DNA of 64,000 nt from Lama glama. Taxonomy: Eukaryota. A model generated the notes under the pieces. That model made no database searches. It was given only the letters and a program-made list of their open reading frames with translations, and was not told where the DNA came from. Location of the stretch: positions 8,682,001-8,746,000 of the forward strand of contig CM052818.1 in the NCBI GenBank assembly GCA_028534125.1, in the 5' to 3' direction. A program made the translations under genes and the position numbers. Below are positions 50,931 through 61,512 of this stretch, one piece after another (within the stretch, counting starts at the first letter, position 1; the number at the start of each line of letters is the position of its first letter).

Positions 50931-53900
50931 GTTAACATTCTTCTGATAGAAGAGAGAGAGGCCACCTGGTTTGTATGAGTCCTGGGCCCTGAAGTTTTCC
51001 CATCTCTAGGTTTGGTTCTTACTGTTAGAGGCATTTCTGGCCTATCTAGGAACTTCTCACCCCAGCCACTCCTTGGTTTCCTTCTGTGCTATCCTGTGCT
51101 TCCCCAAGAGGTCAGCCAGGGCCAAGTTCTAAAAAGGTCTTTAATTGCCACCCTGGTATAGTCTACTTCTAATTTGTTTTGAATATGTTAGTCTTGATCT
51201 CCCAAACCTCTGTGTGCTTCTCAAGGGAAGCAATTCTGTCCTATGCAATCTCTTTGTTTCCCAACTATGCCTAACTTAGTCATAGACATTGGTTGAGTGA
51301 CACATTTGAACCTGGAAGAACTCAAAAGCCCTTTTCCACACCCTCCACCACTGCCTAATGTCCATGAGACCAGAAGTAACACTTGGACCCCTTGACCTTG
51401 GACATCTGGGTCTGGAACAGGCAGGTTAGCAAATACACCTGCCTTGGATTTTGGTAAGTGGGATTGTGGAGTGACAACCTGCAGGACTTAGCCCTGGCCT
51501 CCTTCCACTCTTGGAGGTTTGGAGTAAGCCCAAATAGCTTTACTGGGAGGCAGTTAGGGGAGATGCCAGCCAGAGCCAATAAATAGACATCCTCTCTCCC
51601 TCAGTTTTATTTCTTCAGCATTGCACCAAAATAATGCTGAGCCTAGAGTCTGCAGGAATAAACTAGACACAGGCCATGAAGGGGCTATAATTCCAGGCTG
51701 CAGGGAAAGTCCCCGGGCTCAGCTGTGGTTCCCCATGGCCACCCTTATTTCACCAGAAAGAGAGACGTTGGTGGCATCTCTAGAGTCTACTGGCATTTTA
51801 GAGCCTCTGCTGGAAATGCTTTTAGATTGGCATTAAGTCTGTGTTATCCTTGAAAAGACTGGCAGAGTAATAAGTGAGCTAACCTATCCAATTTTCCAGA
51901 AAGAACTCTAAATTCCGCCTACTTCTCTGAACAGAATGTCTGTATTCCCACCCACACTCTCAGCTACCCTCTGTGGAGGATGAAACCTCGCAAAGATCTG
52001 CTTTAGCGCTGCTGCTCCTGGGGCCGTGGGCTGGTCCCCCATTCCAGCCAGGGTCCTCCTCTCTGAGCCTGAGATCTTGCTCTGCTCCAGTATAGATAAA
52101 GGCAGGTTAATGGGGCCGAGAGTCCCTCTGCCAGACTGGCCGAAACACCACAGCCTTACTGCAGTCCTCAGCCCTTGGAGAAGAGTGAAGAAGTTAAATG
52201 CTTTGCTGTGCAGAAACTGTCAGCAAACAACAAGGCAGGCCGGCCCCCACCTGCCACACACCATATTACTGCTTGGGCGGCCAGGCTCAGCCTGTCCCTT
52301 GTCTGAAAGGCCCTCCCTTCTCCTAGGCACCTGCTGATCCTGCCATCTCTCAACACTCAGCCCTAGCCCTTTCCTCTCTTGTATCTATTCACTCCGGATG
52401 TGTTTATTGAGCACCTGCTGAATTTCAGCAAGTGGACTAGGAATGGATATGCAAAGGTGAAACTCACAGGCCCTACCAGCGAGGAGCTTCTAATTTAGGA
52501 AGCCTCCTTAGACCACTGCTGTCTACCAGCATCTGCCCTTTTTTGAACTCCTTTGAATATCACCTGGTTGGTCTAGCCTTGGTTTCTGTTAATATTATCC
52601 CCAACTCACAGATGAGTCCCTGAGAAGTTAAGAGCATTGTCCAAGGTCACTGAGTCAGTTGTAGCCCTGAAGTGCTCCAACTGCTGTCTGTGTTGGTCTT
52701 ATGTTCCCAGTATGTCTCTAAGCTTCCTGGGAGGTGGACCAGACACCTCGGCTCCTCTAACTCACAGCCTTCCAGTCACTCCTTTGCACACATTAAGTGC
52801 CCAACAAAAGCTGATGGCTTGCTGATTACTATCAGGCTGGCCCAAGGTCAGGGGCCTGCTCTGCCTGGGACCCCGCAGACCAGACCTGCTCCATAAGAGG
52901 CTGAGTTTCTTCCCCTGTTGCCTGGCTTCACACGCACACTCCCTCGGTGTGGCCTCCTTTTCCACCTCCAGGAGGGGACTCACATCTCACTGTTGCAAAT
53001 GGACTTTGCTGGCTCCAAAGGCGTGATTCTCAGAACAGGGCCCAGTGAGAAGCCCTCGGTGTGGCAGGGCTTTAGGTAAGTAGAGAACTTGGTTGCAGTC
53101 TTCTTCCTCAAGAGAAAATCAAGTTACCCTGATTTCTTTTTTTCCATTTGTGGGGAACAGGAGATCGTAAAGAAAGTTGACTTACTTATATGGGGAGAAC
53201 TACAAAACACTGACTAAGGAAATGAAAGACGACTTAAAGAAATGGAAAGATATCCCATGTTCTTGGATTGGAAGAATTAATATTGTTAAAATGGCCATAC
53301 TACCCAAAGCAATCTACATATTTAATGCCATCCCTATCAAATTACCCAGGGCATTTTTCACAGAACTAGAAAAAATAATCCTAAAATTTATATGGAATCA
53401 CAAAAGACCCAGAATTGCCAAAGAAATACTAAAGAAAAAGAATAAAGCTGGAGGAATAACCCTCCCAGACTTCAGACAGTACCACAGAGCTACAGTAATC
53501 AAAACAGCATGATGTTGGTACAAAAACAGACATATGGATCAATGGAACAGAACAGAGAGCCTAGAAATAAATACACAAACTTTTGGTCAATTAATCTTTG
53601 ACAAAGGAGGCAAGAACATACAATGGAGTAAAGACCGTCTCTTCAGCAAGTGGTGTTGGGAAAACTGGACAGCTGCATGTAAATCAATGAAGTTAGAACA
53701 CTCTCTCACACGATACACAAAAATAAACTCAAAATGGTTTAAAGACTTAAACATAAGACACGATACTATAAACCTCTTAGAAGAAAACATAGGCAAAACA
53801 TTATCTGACATAAATCTCAGCAGTGTTCTCCAAGGGAAGTCTACCTAGGCAATAGAAATAAAAGCAAAAATAAACAAATGGGACCTAATTAAACTTATAA

Positions 53901-54043
53901 GCTTTTGCACAGCAAAGAAAACCACAAGCAAAACAAAACAACAACCTACAGAATGGGAGAAAATATTTGCAAAAGATGAGACTGACAAGGGCTTAATTTC
54001 AAGAATGTATAAACAGCTCATACAATTTAATGAGAAAAAAAAA

Positions 54044-54143
54044 NNNNNNNNNNNNNNNNNNNNNNNNNNNNNNNNNNNNNNNNNNNNNNNNNNNNNNNNN
54101 NNNNNNNNNNNNNNNNNNNNNNNNNNNNNNNNNNNNNNNNNNN
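54044..54143. other. Assembly gap (100 N)
   Basis: Run of N inside the L1. Confidence 1.
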
Positions 54144-54226
54144 AAAATAGACTTACCACATGATCCAGCAATCCCACTCCTGGGCATATATCCAGAGGAG
54201 ATTTTAATTCAAAAAGATACATGCCA

Positions 54227-54352
54227 GGGGAGGGTATAGCTCAAGTGGTAGAGCACATGCTTAGCGTGCACGAGGTCCTGGATTCAATCCCCAGAACCTC
54301 CTCTAAAAATAAATAAGTAAATCTAATTACCTACCTCCCCAAAAAAATAACC
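54227..54352 (+). mobile_element. tRNA-Ala-derived SINE inside L1 ORF2
   Basis: ggggagggtatagctcaagtggtagagcacatgcttagcgtgcacgaggtcctggattcaatccccagaacctcc. Perfect 13-bp TSD aaaagatacatgc at 54212-54224 and 54353-54365. Confidence 0.92.
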
Positions 54353-55595
54353 AAAAGATACATGCACCCCAATGTTCATAGCAGCACTATTTACAATAGC
54401 CAAGACATGGAAACAACCTAAATGTCCATTGACAGATGACTGGATAAAGAAGTTGTGGTATATTTATACAATGGAATACTACTCAGCCATAAAAAATAAT
54501 AAAATAATACCATTTGCAGCAACATGGATGGACCTAGAGACTGTCATTCTAAGTGAAGCCAGAAAGAAAAAGAAAAATACCATATAATACCACTTAAATG
54601 CAGAATCTTAAAAGAAAAAAAAAGACAAACGAACTTTTTTGCAAAACAGAAACAAACTCTCAGACATAGAGAACAAATTTGTGGTTACCAGTGGGGGAAA
54701 GAGATAAATTGGGAGTTAGAGATCTTCATATGCTAACTGATATGTATATAGAATAGATAAACAAGTTCATGCTGTATAGCATAGGGAACTGTATTCAATA
54801 TCTTGTAGTAACCTACAGTGAAAAAGAATATGAAAACAAATATATGTATGTTCATGCGTGAATGAAACATGCTGTACACCAGAAATTGACACAACATTGT
54901 AAACTGATTATACTTCAAGAAAAATACATACACGCAAAAATTCCAGAAAGAAAGCTAACTTTTCTTCCAGAGGAAAATTCTTGGGCAGCTCCTGGTGAGG
55001 GGCTGTGGTCTTGCCAGGAGAACACAACATGAGGAGGGGTCTGTGGAACTGTGCCCAGAGCTCAAGTGGACCCAGCCCCCAATGGTAGGCCAGACACAGC
55101 AAAGTCACCAAGGACCCCATGTGCCTGGGCCTCTGGTGAAGAAGGTCAGGCCTGGTTGTCATCCAGCCAAAAGCTACTGTGCCTGTGAAAATGTTCATCC
55201 ACAGCCACAGAATTGCTTGAAATGCCACAGGCCAAAGTCTACCTGGGGGTGTTTGTTCTCTAAGGGCAGCTGGCCCCAGGCAGGGGAATTGAGGAAGCAG
55301 GCAGTGAGGAGTCTGCATGGGAATGTTGAGATTTCAGGATTTGAGTTAGAACCTTATTGAAGATTTGTTTGTCATCTTCGTGGAAATTTAAATATGCATT
55401 TAATTCTCTCTCCAGAGCTGGCCCCAGTGTCTGGTCATCTGGGAGAGAGATTTTAGGGCCTTGGAATTAAATCTTGGGGTAGAGGAACAGGGAGGGAAGG
55501 GCTCAGAATGGAGAGAAAGAAGGTGCCCCCATGCCCCAACACACACAGACACACACACAGAGGTGGTCAGCATGGCAGGGGCAGCTGACTAATAA

Positions 55596-56177
55596 TGAGG
55601 TGGGAAGCCCCATAAAAAGACTGGCAGGACCCCTAGGCAGGGCCACTACTCTCCTGCCAGCACCATCCAGTTCCCTGGCCCAGTGGATTTATCTCACTTT
55701 TTGCCTCTGAATATGGCTAACTTCTAGGAAAGTGGAACTTACTCCTAAAATTCTATTGGTTCCCTGATATAACTCCTGATTGGTCCGTTTGTAGTGCTGT
55801 ATTTGCATGGAGCTCACTCCTGATTGGCCCACTTCCCTCACTCCTAATTGGTCCATTTCCCTCACTCCTAATTGCTCCATATCTCTCACTCCTGATTGGT
55901 CCATTTCTACAAAGCTTATTCCTAATTAGTCACTTTTGTTATACCTTATTTGTGTATGATGTTACAAAATGTTGCAAAGTCTAGACTGGTAGCCTATAAA
56001 AGCCTGTGTAAACCTACAGATGGGGTCCAGAGCTTGGAGTGTTAACTCCTCTGGGCCTGCTAGCGTAATAAACCTGAGTTCTCCAACTCTCCGGGTGCTG
56101 CTTGGTCTCTCACCTGGATCCAGGTTGCTGTCACAACTGAGCTGTAACACCGAGCTGTCACACACTTTTCTGCAACA
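55596..56177 (+). mobile_element. Solo ERV LTR with a tandem CCAAT-box array
   Basis: ATTGG repeats, TATAAAA at 55995, AATAAA at 56067 and 3' terminus tgcaaca, in U3-R-U5 order. The 5' boundary is uncertain. Confidence 0.7.
55813..55908 (+). repeat. 4 x 24-bp tandem repeat (ctcactcctRattggtccatttcc)
   Basis: Units start at 55813, 55837, 55861 and 55885. Confidence 0.92.
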
Positions 56178-57224
56178 TTTCGGCCTAATTACACCAAAGG
56201 GAAGCCAGCCACCTGTCAGGCTATCTTCCTAGAGCTCAGAGACCTGGAAGAAGAGAAGCTCTTAGACCTCAGAGGTGACCTTGCTTTCAGGCCCAGGGAG
56301 ATGAGAGGATATGCCCTGAAGAGTATTCAGGGCCAGGAGGACATCAGTGTGCAAAGGTGGAGGTCCTAGGGCTGGGGGTGGGGTGAGGAGAGAGATGGGC
56401 TTTCTCAAGAGTGGGGATGGGAGAGATACTACACAGCTTGAGGCCAACTGGCAGCTGATTGGCTGGACCAAGGCTGGCCAGGTGGTGATGGCCAGGAGAC
56501 AGCCTGTTTCTAGGGCACCAGACACTGCCTCTTCCCAGAGATCACAAAGCCTTCTGCTACCAGAAAAGCCATCCAGGCCTTCTTGTATACTTTGCTCCTC
56601 TCAGGAGCCAGGGATGTGCTGCCTCCTCCTGTCTCCCTGACCTCTCCGACTATACTCAGCACAACAGCCACAAATTTGCTAAGTGCTATTTGCCTGCCAT
56701 CACCTGGCAACAGGCAACAGGCAGAATGAGTAACCCTCACCTTTATTTTAATTTTGTTTTCTTGAAATAAAGTTCCTTAGAAAGAATTCTGAATGTGAGG
56801 AGAGATCCTAATTTGGTAACACCATCAAATGTTTCCAGTTTTCAGGGCAAGTCAGTCTCTGGATTTTTAATTTAAAACATAGAACAAAAAAAAAAAAAGG
56901 AAAAAAGAGACTTAACTGAAAACGACCTCAGAAAGAAGCTAAATTAGCCTATGCAGTTTTAAAATGAAGAGAAAAGTCTCAGCAGAGTTCACACTTCCCC
57001 CGGATCCCACGTGGGATGGGGCCAGGTGACCTCCCAGCCTTGCTCACCACGTCATCCAACCCTGGGCCCATTTTGAGGGAAGAGCTTAGCAGTGTCTTCA
57101 AGGCCAACCACTCCTCCTGGGCCTAACCTGAGGCTGGACTGTGCCACTAGCCATTTTAGGGAGGTACATTCTTGTATACTGGGAGTTACCTGTATAGCTA
57201 TCAATTTATGCAAAATAAAAATTA

Positions 57225-57550
57225 GAGCCAGAAAGAGAAAGAAAAATGCCGTATGATATCGCTTATATGTGGAATCTCAAAAAAAGCACACAAATGAACT
57301 TATCTGCAAAACAGAAACAGACTCACAGACAGAACAAACTTATGGTTACCAGAGGTTAAAGGGAGTGGGAAAGGATAAATTGGGGAATTTGAAAATTGCA
57401 CCTTTTGGGGAGTGATGGAAATATTGGCTATCTTGATTGTGGTGGTGTTTTCACGGGGGTATACATCTATCAAAATTCATCAAATTGTACATCTGAAATA
57501 CGTGTAGTTTACTGTATAGGAACCATACCACAATAAAGGTGTTTAAAAAA
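57225..57550 (+). mobile_element. L1 3' UTR fragments (younger piece joined to an L1M end)
   Basis: agccagaaagagaaagaaaaatgccgtatgatatcgcttatatgtggaatct...aaacagactcacagac, then gatggaaatattggctatcttgattgtggtggtg...caataaag. Confidence 0.75.
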
Positions 57551-59464
57551 ATTACAGGTGTGCCTGAAATAACATAAAATGCATTTGTGTTTTTTTTGAG
57601 TGTGGGAGGAATAAAGGTGGAGTTTGGCTTGGCCCCCTGTGGATGCCTTGACAGAAGGTAAAAGAGGTGGCTGCCTGCCATGGCTGGGCCTGACATGACG
57701 GAGAACTCCGCTGACCCCACCGTGCACATTCAGAGACAGAGTGTGGGGCTCGTAGGTTACCCTCCAGTCCTGTTCCAAGGCCAACACTTAGTTCTGTCAA
57801 ACTCTCCTCATCGCCTCTAGCAAGCCTCTGCCCACACTGAAGGCTCCTTTACTCAGTTCTCCAGCAGAGATACTGGGTGGACGACCGTCCTTCAGGTCAG
57901 ACTTGCCAACACACAGAAATCTAAGCATCCTGGGGTCTGTCCCATGGGACTGCTCTGCCTTATCAGCCGGACCGTGTGTTCTCACAGTGAGGGATCTTAC
58001 ACTCTTCTCTCCCGTGTTTCAGAGGTGTGTCTGGGATGCAGACTCATCTCCACTCTGACAACCTACTCCCCCAACACCCACATACACACCAGTTCTACCC
58101 AGCAATCAGGTGACAAACATGGGGATACCTCAAGGCAGGGCCCTGGTGATAGCTCTCCTGGAAGATACTGTTTTTTAAAGGTGGTGAATATGACCGTCCC
58201 TTGGACTTCAGGATAAATGTCAAATGAAGATGTGGAGCCCCTCAGCCTTTTATTTTGGGGTGTGGGCCAGTGAAGCAATGCACTGACCTACCCCCACACC
58301 CTCGCCCCACACACAACCCTGGCCTCTTTGTGAGAGCAGGGAGGAGGGGGTGCCAGTGTCTCCGCAGGACAGCACGGAAGAGCCAGGAGTAGGGCCCACC
58401 TTGGCCAGGGATGAGATGGAAGGGAACTTCTGTAAAACAGGAAAGGAAACAACTCGAGCCCCGCACACTGGCCAGAGCCGCCCCAAGCCCGGGCTCTCCC
58501 CAGCTCTGGGCCTGCTGTTACCACCGGTGACCCTGAGCCTTGGGAGCCAGGCCCAGCCAACATTCCCACCGATGGTGCTGCGGATTCGCTTCCTCTGAAA
58601 GAGGTCCTGAGTTGACAACACCTGTCACAGTGCAGACCCGCTCTCTGACGAGAAGAGAAAGCAGCCAGAGATGGCGTGGGAGAGGCCAGCAGCAGGCAGG
58701 CCCCTGTGGAAGGTCACCTGCTGCCGGGACCCTGCCACCTGGCCCTTGGAAAGTGGGAATCTCTGGGAACACTTGTGCTTCCGGAGCTTGGAGAAGCCCC
58801 GTGGGCCGCAGACTCCCAGCTCTCCCAGCCCTGCGTCATCACAGCCACACCTGGTCCTGCAGCCAGAAAAGAGAACCGCTGCATTTCAACCAAAGGGCCT
58901 GAGAGTTTGAGAGGATTCAAACAGGGCCGTTAGTGGGCAGTCTTTACATGAGGCTCAGCAGAACAAAGTGAGGTCGAACTCTGCCAGGAACCAGAAGAAA
59001 AGAAACCTTCGGTTGGCAGCTGGAGCAGAGGCCCACGGTCTCCCTGGGTGAGGCTTCCCAGAGTGTTTTGACCAGAACATTCCAGAAGTCTCTGTGGTGT
59101 TTCCGAGTTCCCATATCAAGCAGGAAGGGACATTTGGTGGGATTTTTGCAAGTCCTTTCTCCTCTCTAGTCCAGTTTGCTTGTCTGTACAAAGAGATTGG
59201 ACCAGATCTGCAGGCTTCAACTCTGTCTGCACATGGAAACCACCTGGGGATACTGTGATCATGGGCTCGTGATGTCGGAGATTGCTTCAAAGTAATCCAG
59301 GGTGCAGGTGTTGGGGGAGTCCGTGGAGGAAGTGCTGTTACAAGACTGGCCAAGAGTTGGAAATTGTTTGAGCAGGGTGATGGGCCCGCTGGGGTGGGGG
59401 GTAGGGTAGGAAATGTTGTTCTGTTCATTCTATGTTTTTCAGAATAAAAAGTTTAAGAAAATGA

Positions 59465-59605
59465 CAACTGATGCCCTAAAATCAGTTATGCCTGGGTCTC
59501 ACCTGGAATCTATTAAATTGGAATGTCGAGGGGATGGGGCCCTGGCACAGGGGTTTAAGGAGTCCCCAGGTGATTCTGCTGTGCAGCCAGAACTGAGAAC
59601 ACTGG
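59465..59605. mobile_element. MER5A-like MITE
   Basis: atgcctgggtctcacc...ggggatggggccctggcac...tccccaggtgattctgctgtgcagccagaactgagaacactg. Confidence 0.65.
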
Positions 59606-60864
59606 ACCAGAAACTCCCCGCGGTCCCCACCTGCAGCTGAGCCACCCACACCTTCCACCAGGCATAGCAAGTCACATTCTGGTCCCATTTGCTTTAACTT
59701 CCTGCTACCGGAGCCCTTACTCTCGGAGGGGAAATGATGGGGGCTGCTCTAAGAGCAGGAGGCCTTCACCTGGGTCCTCCAGTCAGTTCGGCCTGCCCTG
59801 TTTATGGTAGGTCCTCAAATCGGCTGCTCCCCAAGGCCTCCAGGGCCACCTGTGCCAGCTCAGGGAGGGTGGGGCGGCTCCTCCAGGCGTGTCAGGAGGC
59901 TCGGGACAGGACGACTCCCTCACCCACGCAGTGAGCCTAAACTCCAGCCTCATTTTCAGTCTCCTCGTGTGCCCATGCCGTCGGGCCTCCCACCTCTCAG
60001 AACTCAGCAAGTCACATTCCTGTCACATTTGGTTTGACTTCCTAGCGGACGCTGAATGTCCCTGGACTACTTCCCAGCATCCTTTTCTTCCCCTGTTGCA
60101 TTTCAGCATCTGGGACCAGGAAGCAGCAAAAAGGTTTGGATTTCCACACGGGATGTTCAGCTTCCTGGGGCCCCTGAGAGTTTCCACCTGCCTTCCCTGC
60201 CCCACCCTTCCGCCCAGAACACCAGCGGCAACACTGCCTCCCCCACAACCTCCCACATCACTGTCCATGATTCTAAATTACATGCTGGATTTTTCCTGTA
60301 CTGTTCCCACTGGTCCAGGCACTTACATTCTAAACTCCTGGCAAACTTCTCAGAAGGTTCCCTCCCTGTTTGATCCTTTGTCCTTTGTCAATACCAGCTC
60401 TGCAAGGCGGTGGGGGCCCCTCCTTGGACCTTTCCGAAATGCAGGAACTTCCTAGGTTCTGTTGCCACTTTCTCACATGGTACTTCCTACCGCCTCTCCC
60501 TAGCTGAACTTGGTCCTCCAGTTTGGCATTTTACGCCTTTCCTGTCTCATTTCCCATTACATCTCTATTTTTAAAAATGTAAGCCTGCTGCTTTGTTCAG
60601 TCTGGTCTGCTTATACCCCACACCAAATGTACCCCACAACGTACCCCTCAGTGTCCCCACAATGTACTTTTAGATCTCTGCTCAGGCTAATTCTCCTGCT
60701 TGGAAGAATGCACTGCGCTCCTCTCTACCTGCCGTCCTTAGCGTTTGTCAGGACAACTGACAACGACGCTAGCAGAGGTTGCAACTTCTTGAGCACGTAC
60801 CGCGCCGGCAGTGCGAAGCACCTTGTCATCTCATTTACTCCTCACAAAACCCTGAGAATCACTT

Positions 60865-61512
60865 TAAAAACAAAAAATTTTAGGTTTACAGAGAAGTTGC
60901 AAAAATAGTACACAGAGCTCTGTGTACCCCTCATCCTGCTTCCCCAGTGTTACCATCTTACCAGCCACAGTGCAATTCTACCTTTTTTCTCTCAGACGTC
61001 CCTTTTCTGGTCAAGGATCCCACATTTCACTTCATTCTTGTGTCTTCTTGCTCTCCTCCAACCTGTGAACGGTTTCTTAGTCTTCATTGTCCACCATGAT
61101 TTTGACTCTCTTGAGGAGGACTCTGCTTGGTTACTCTGCAGAAAGTCAGTCTGCCTTGGTCTGATGTTCTTCTCGTGAGTAGACTGGGGCTGTGCTCTTG
61201 TGGCAAGAAGCGCCCAGAAGCGATGTGGAATCCTCCTCGGGGCCTCATACCAGGGGAACATGCTGCTGATTTGTCCTGTTTTTATAAAGCTGTCATGTTA
61301 ACCTTGATCACTTAAGATGGTGTCTGCCAGGTTTCTTCACAGTAAAGTTATTCTTTTTCTCTTCATAAGTGTTAAGTACCTTGAGGGAGACACTTTGAAA
61401 CTGCAAATATCCTGTTTCCCTTCTAACTTCTGCCCACTGAGTTTAGACCCATCTGTGATCTTGCCTGCAGGCGTTATTACTGTGATATGGGCCTAAAGGT
61501 GATTTTGTATTT
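60865..61512 (-). mobile_element. L1MC-like 3' end inserted in a MIR
   Basis: ttttaggtttacagagaagttgcaaaaatagtaca...gtacccctcatcctgcttcccca and ttaaccttgatcacttaagatggtgtctgccaggtttcttcacagtaaagtta, with MIR-like flanks. Confidence 0.7.

Larger units (their letters stand above)
53184..54946 (+). mobile_element. 5'-truncated young L1 (3' part of ORF2 plus 3' UTR)
   Basis: ORFs 53177-53512, 53534-53848 and 54372-54587 are L1 ORF2 ([26 protein letters not shown]..., DQWNRTES...). TSD aaagaaagttgactt (53169-53183) and aaagaaagctaactt (54947-54961). Confidence 0.95.

Noticed and set aside
55813..55908. 24-bp repeats as a CRISPR-like array
   Set aside because: Head-to-tail with no unique spacers, in a eukaryotic LTR context.
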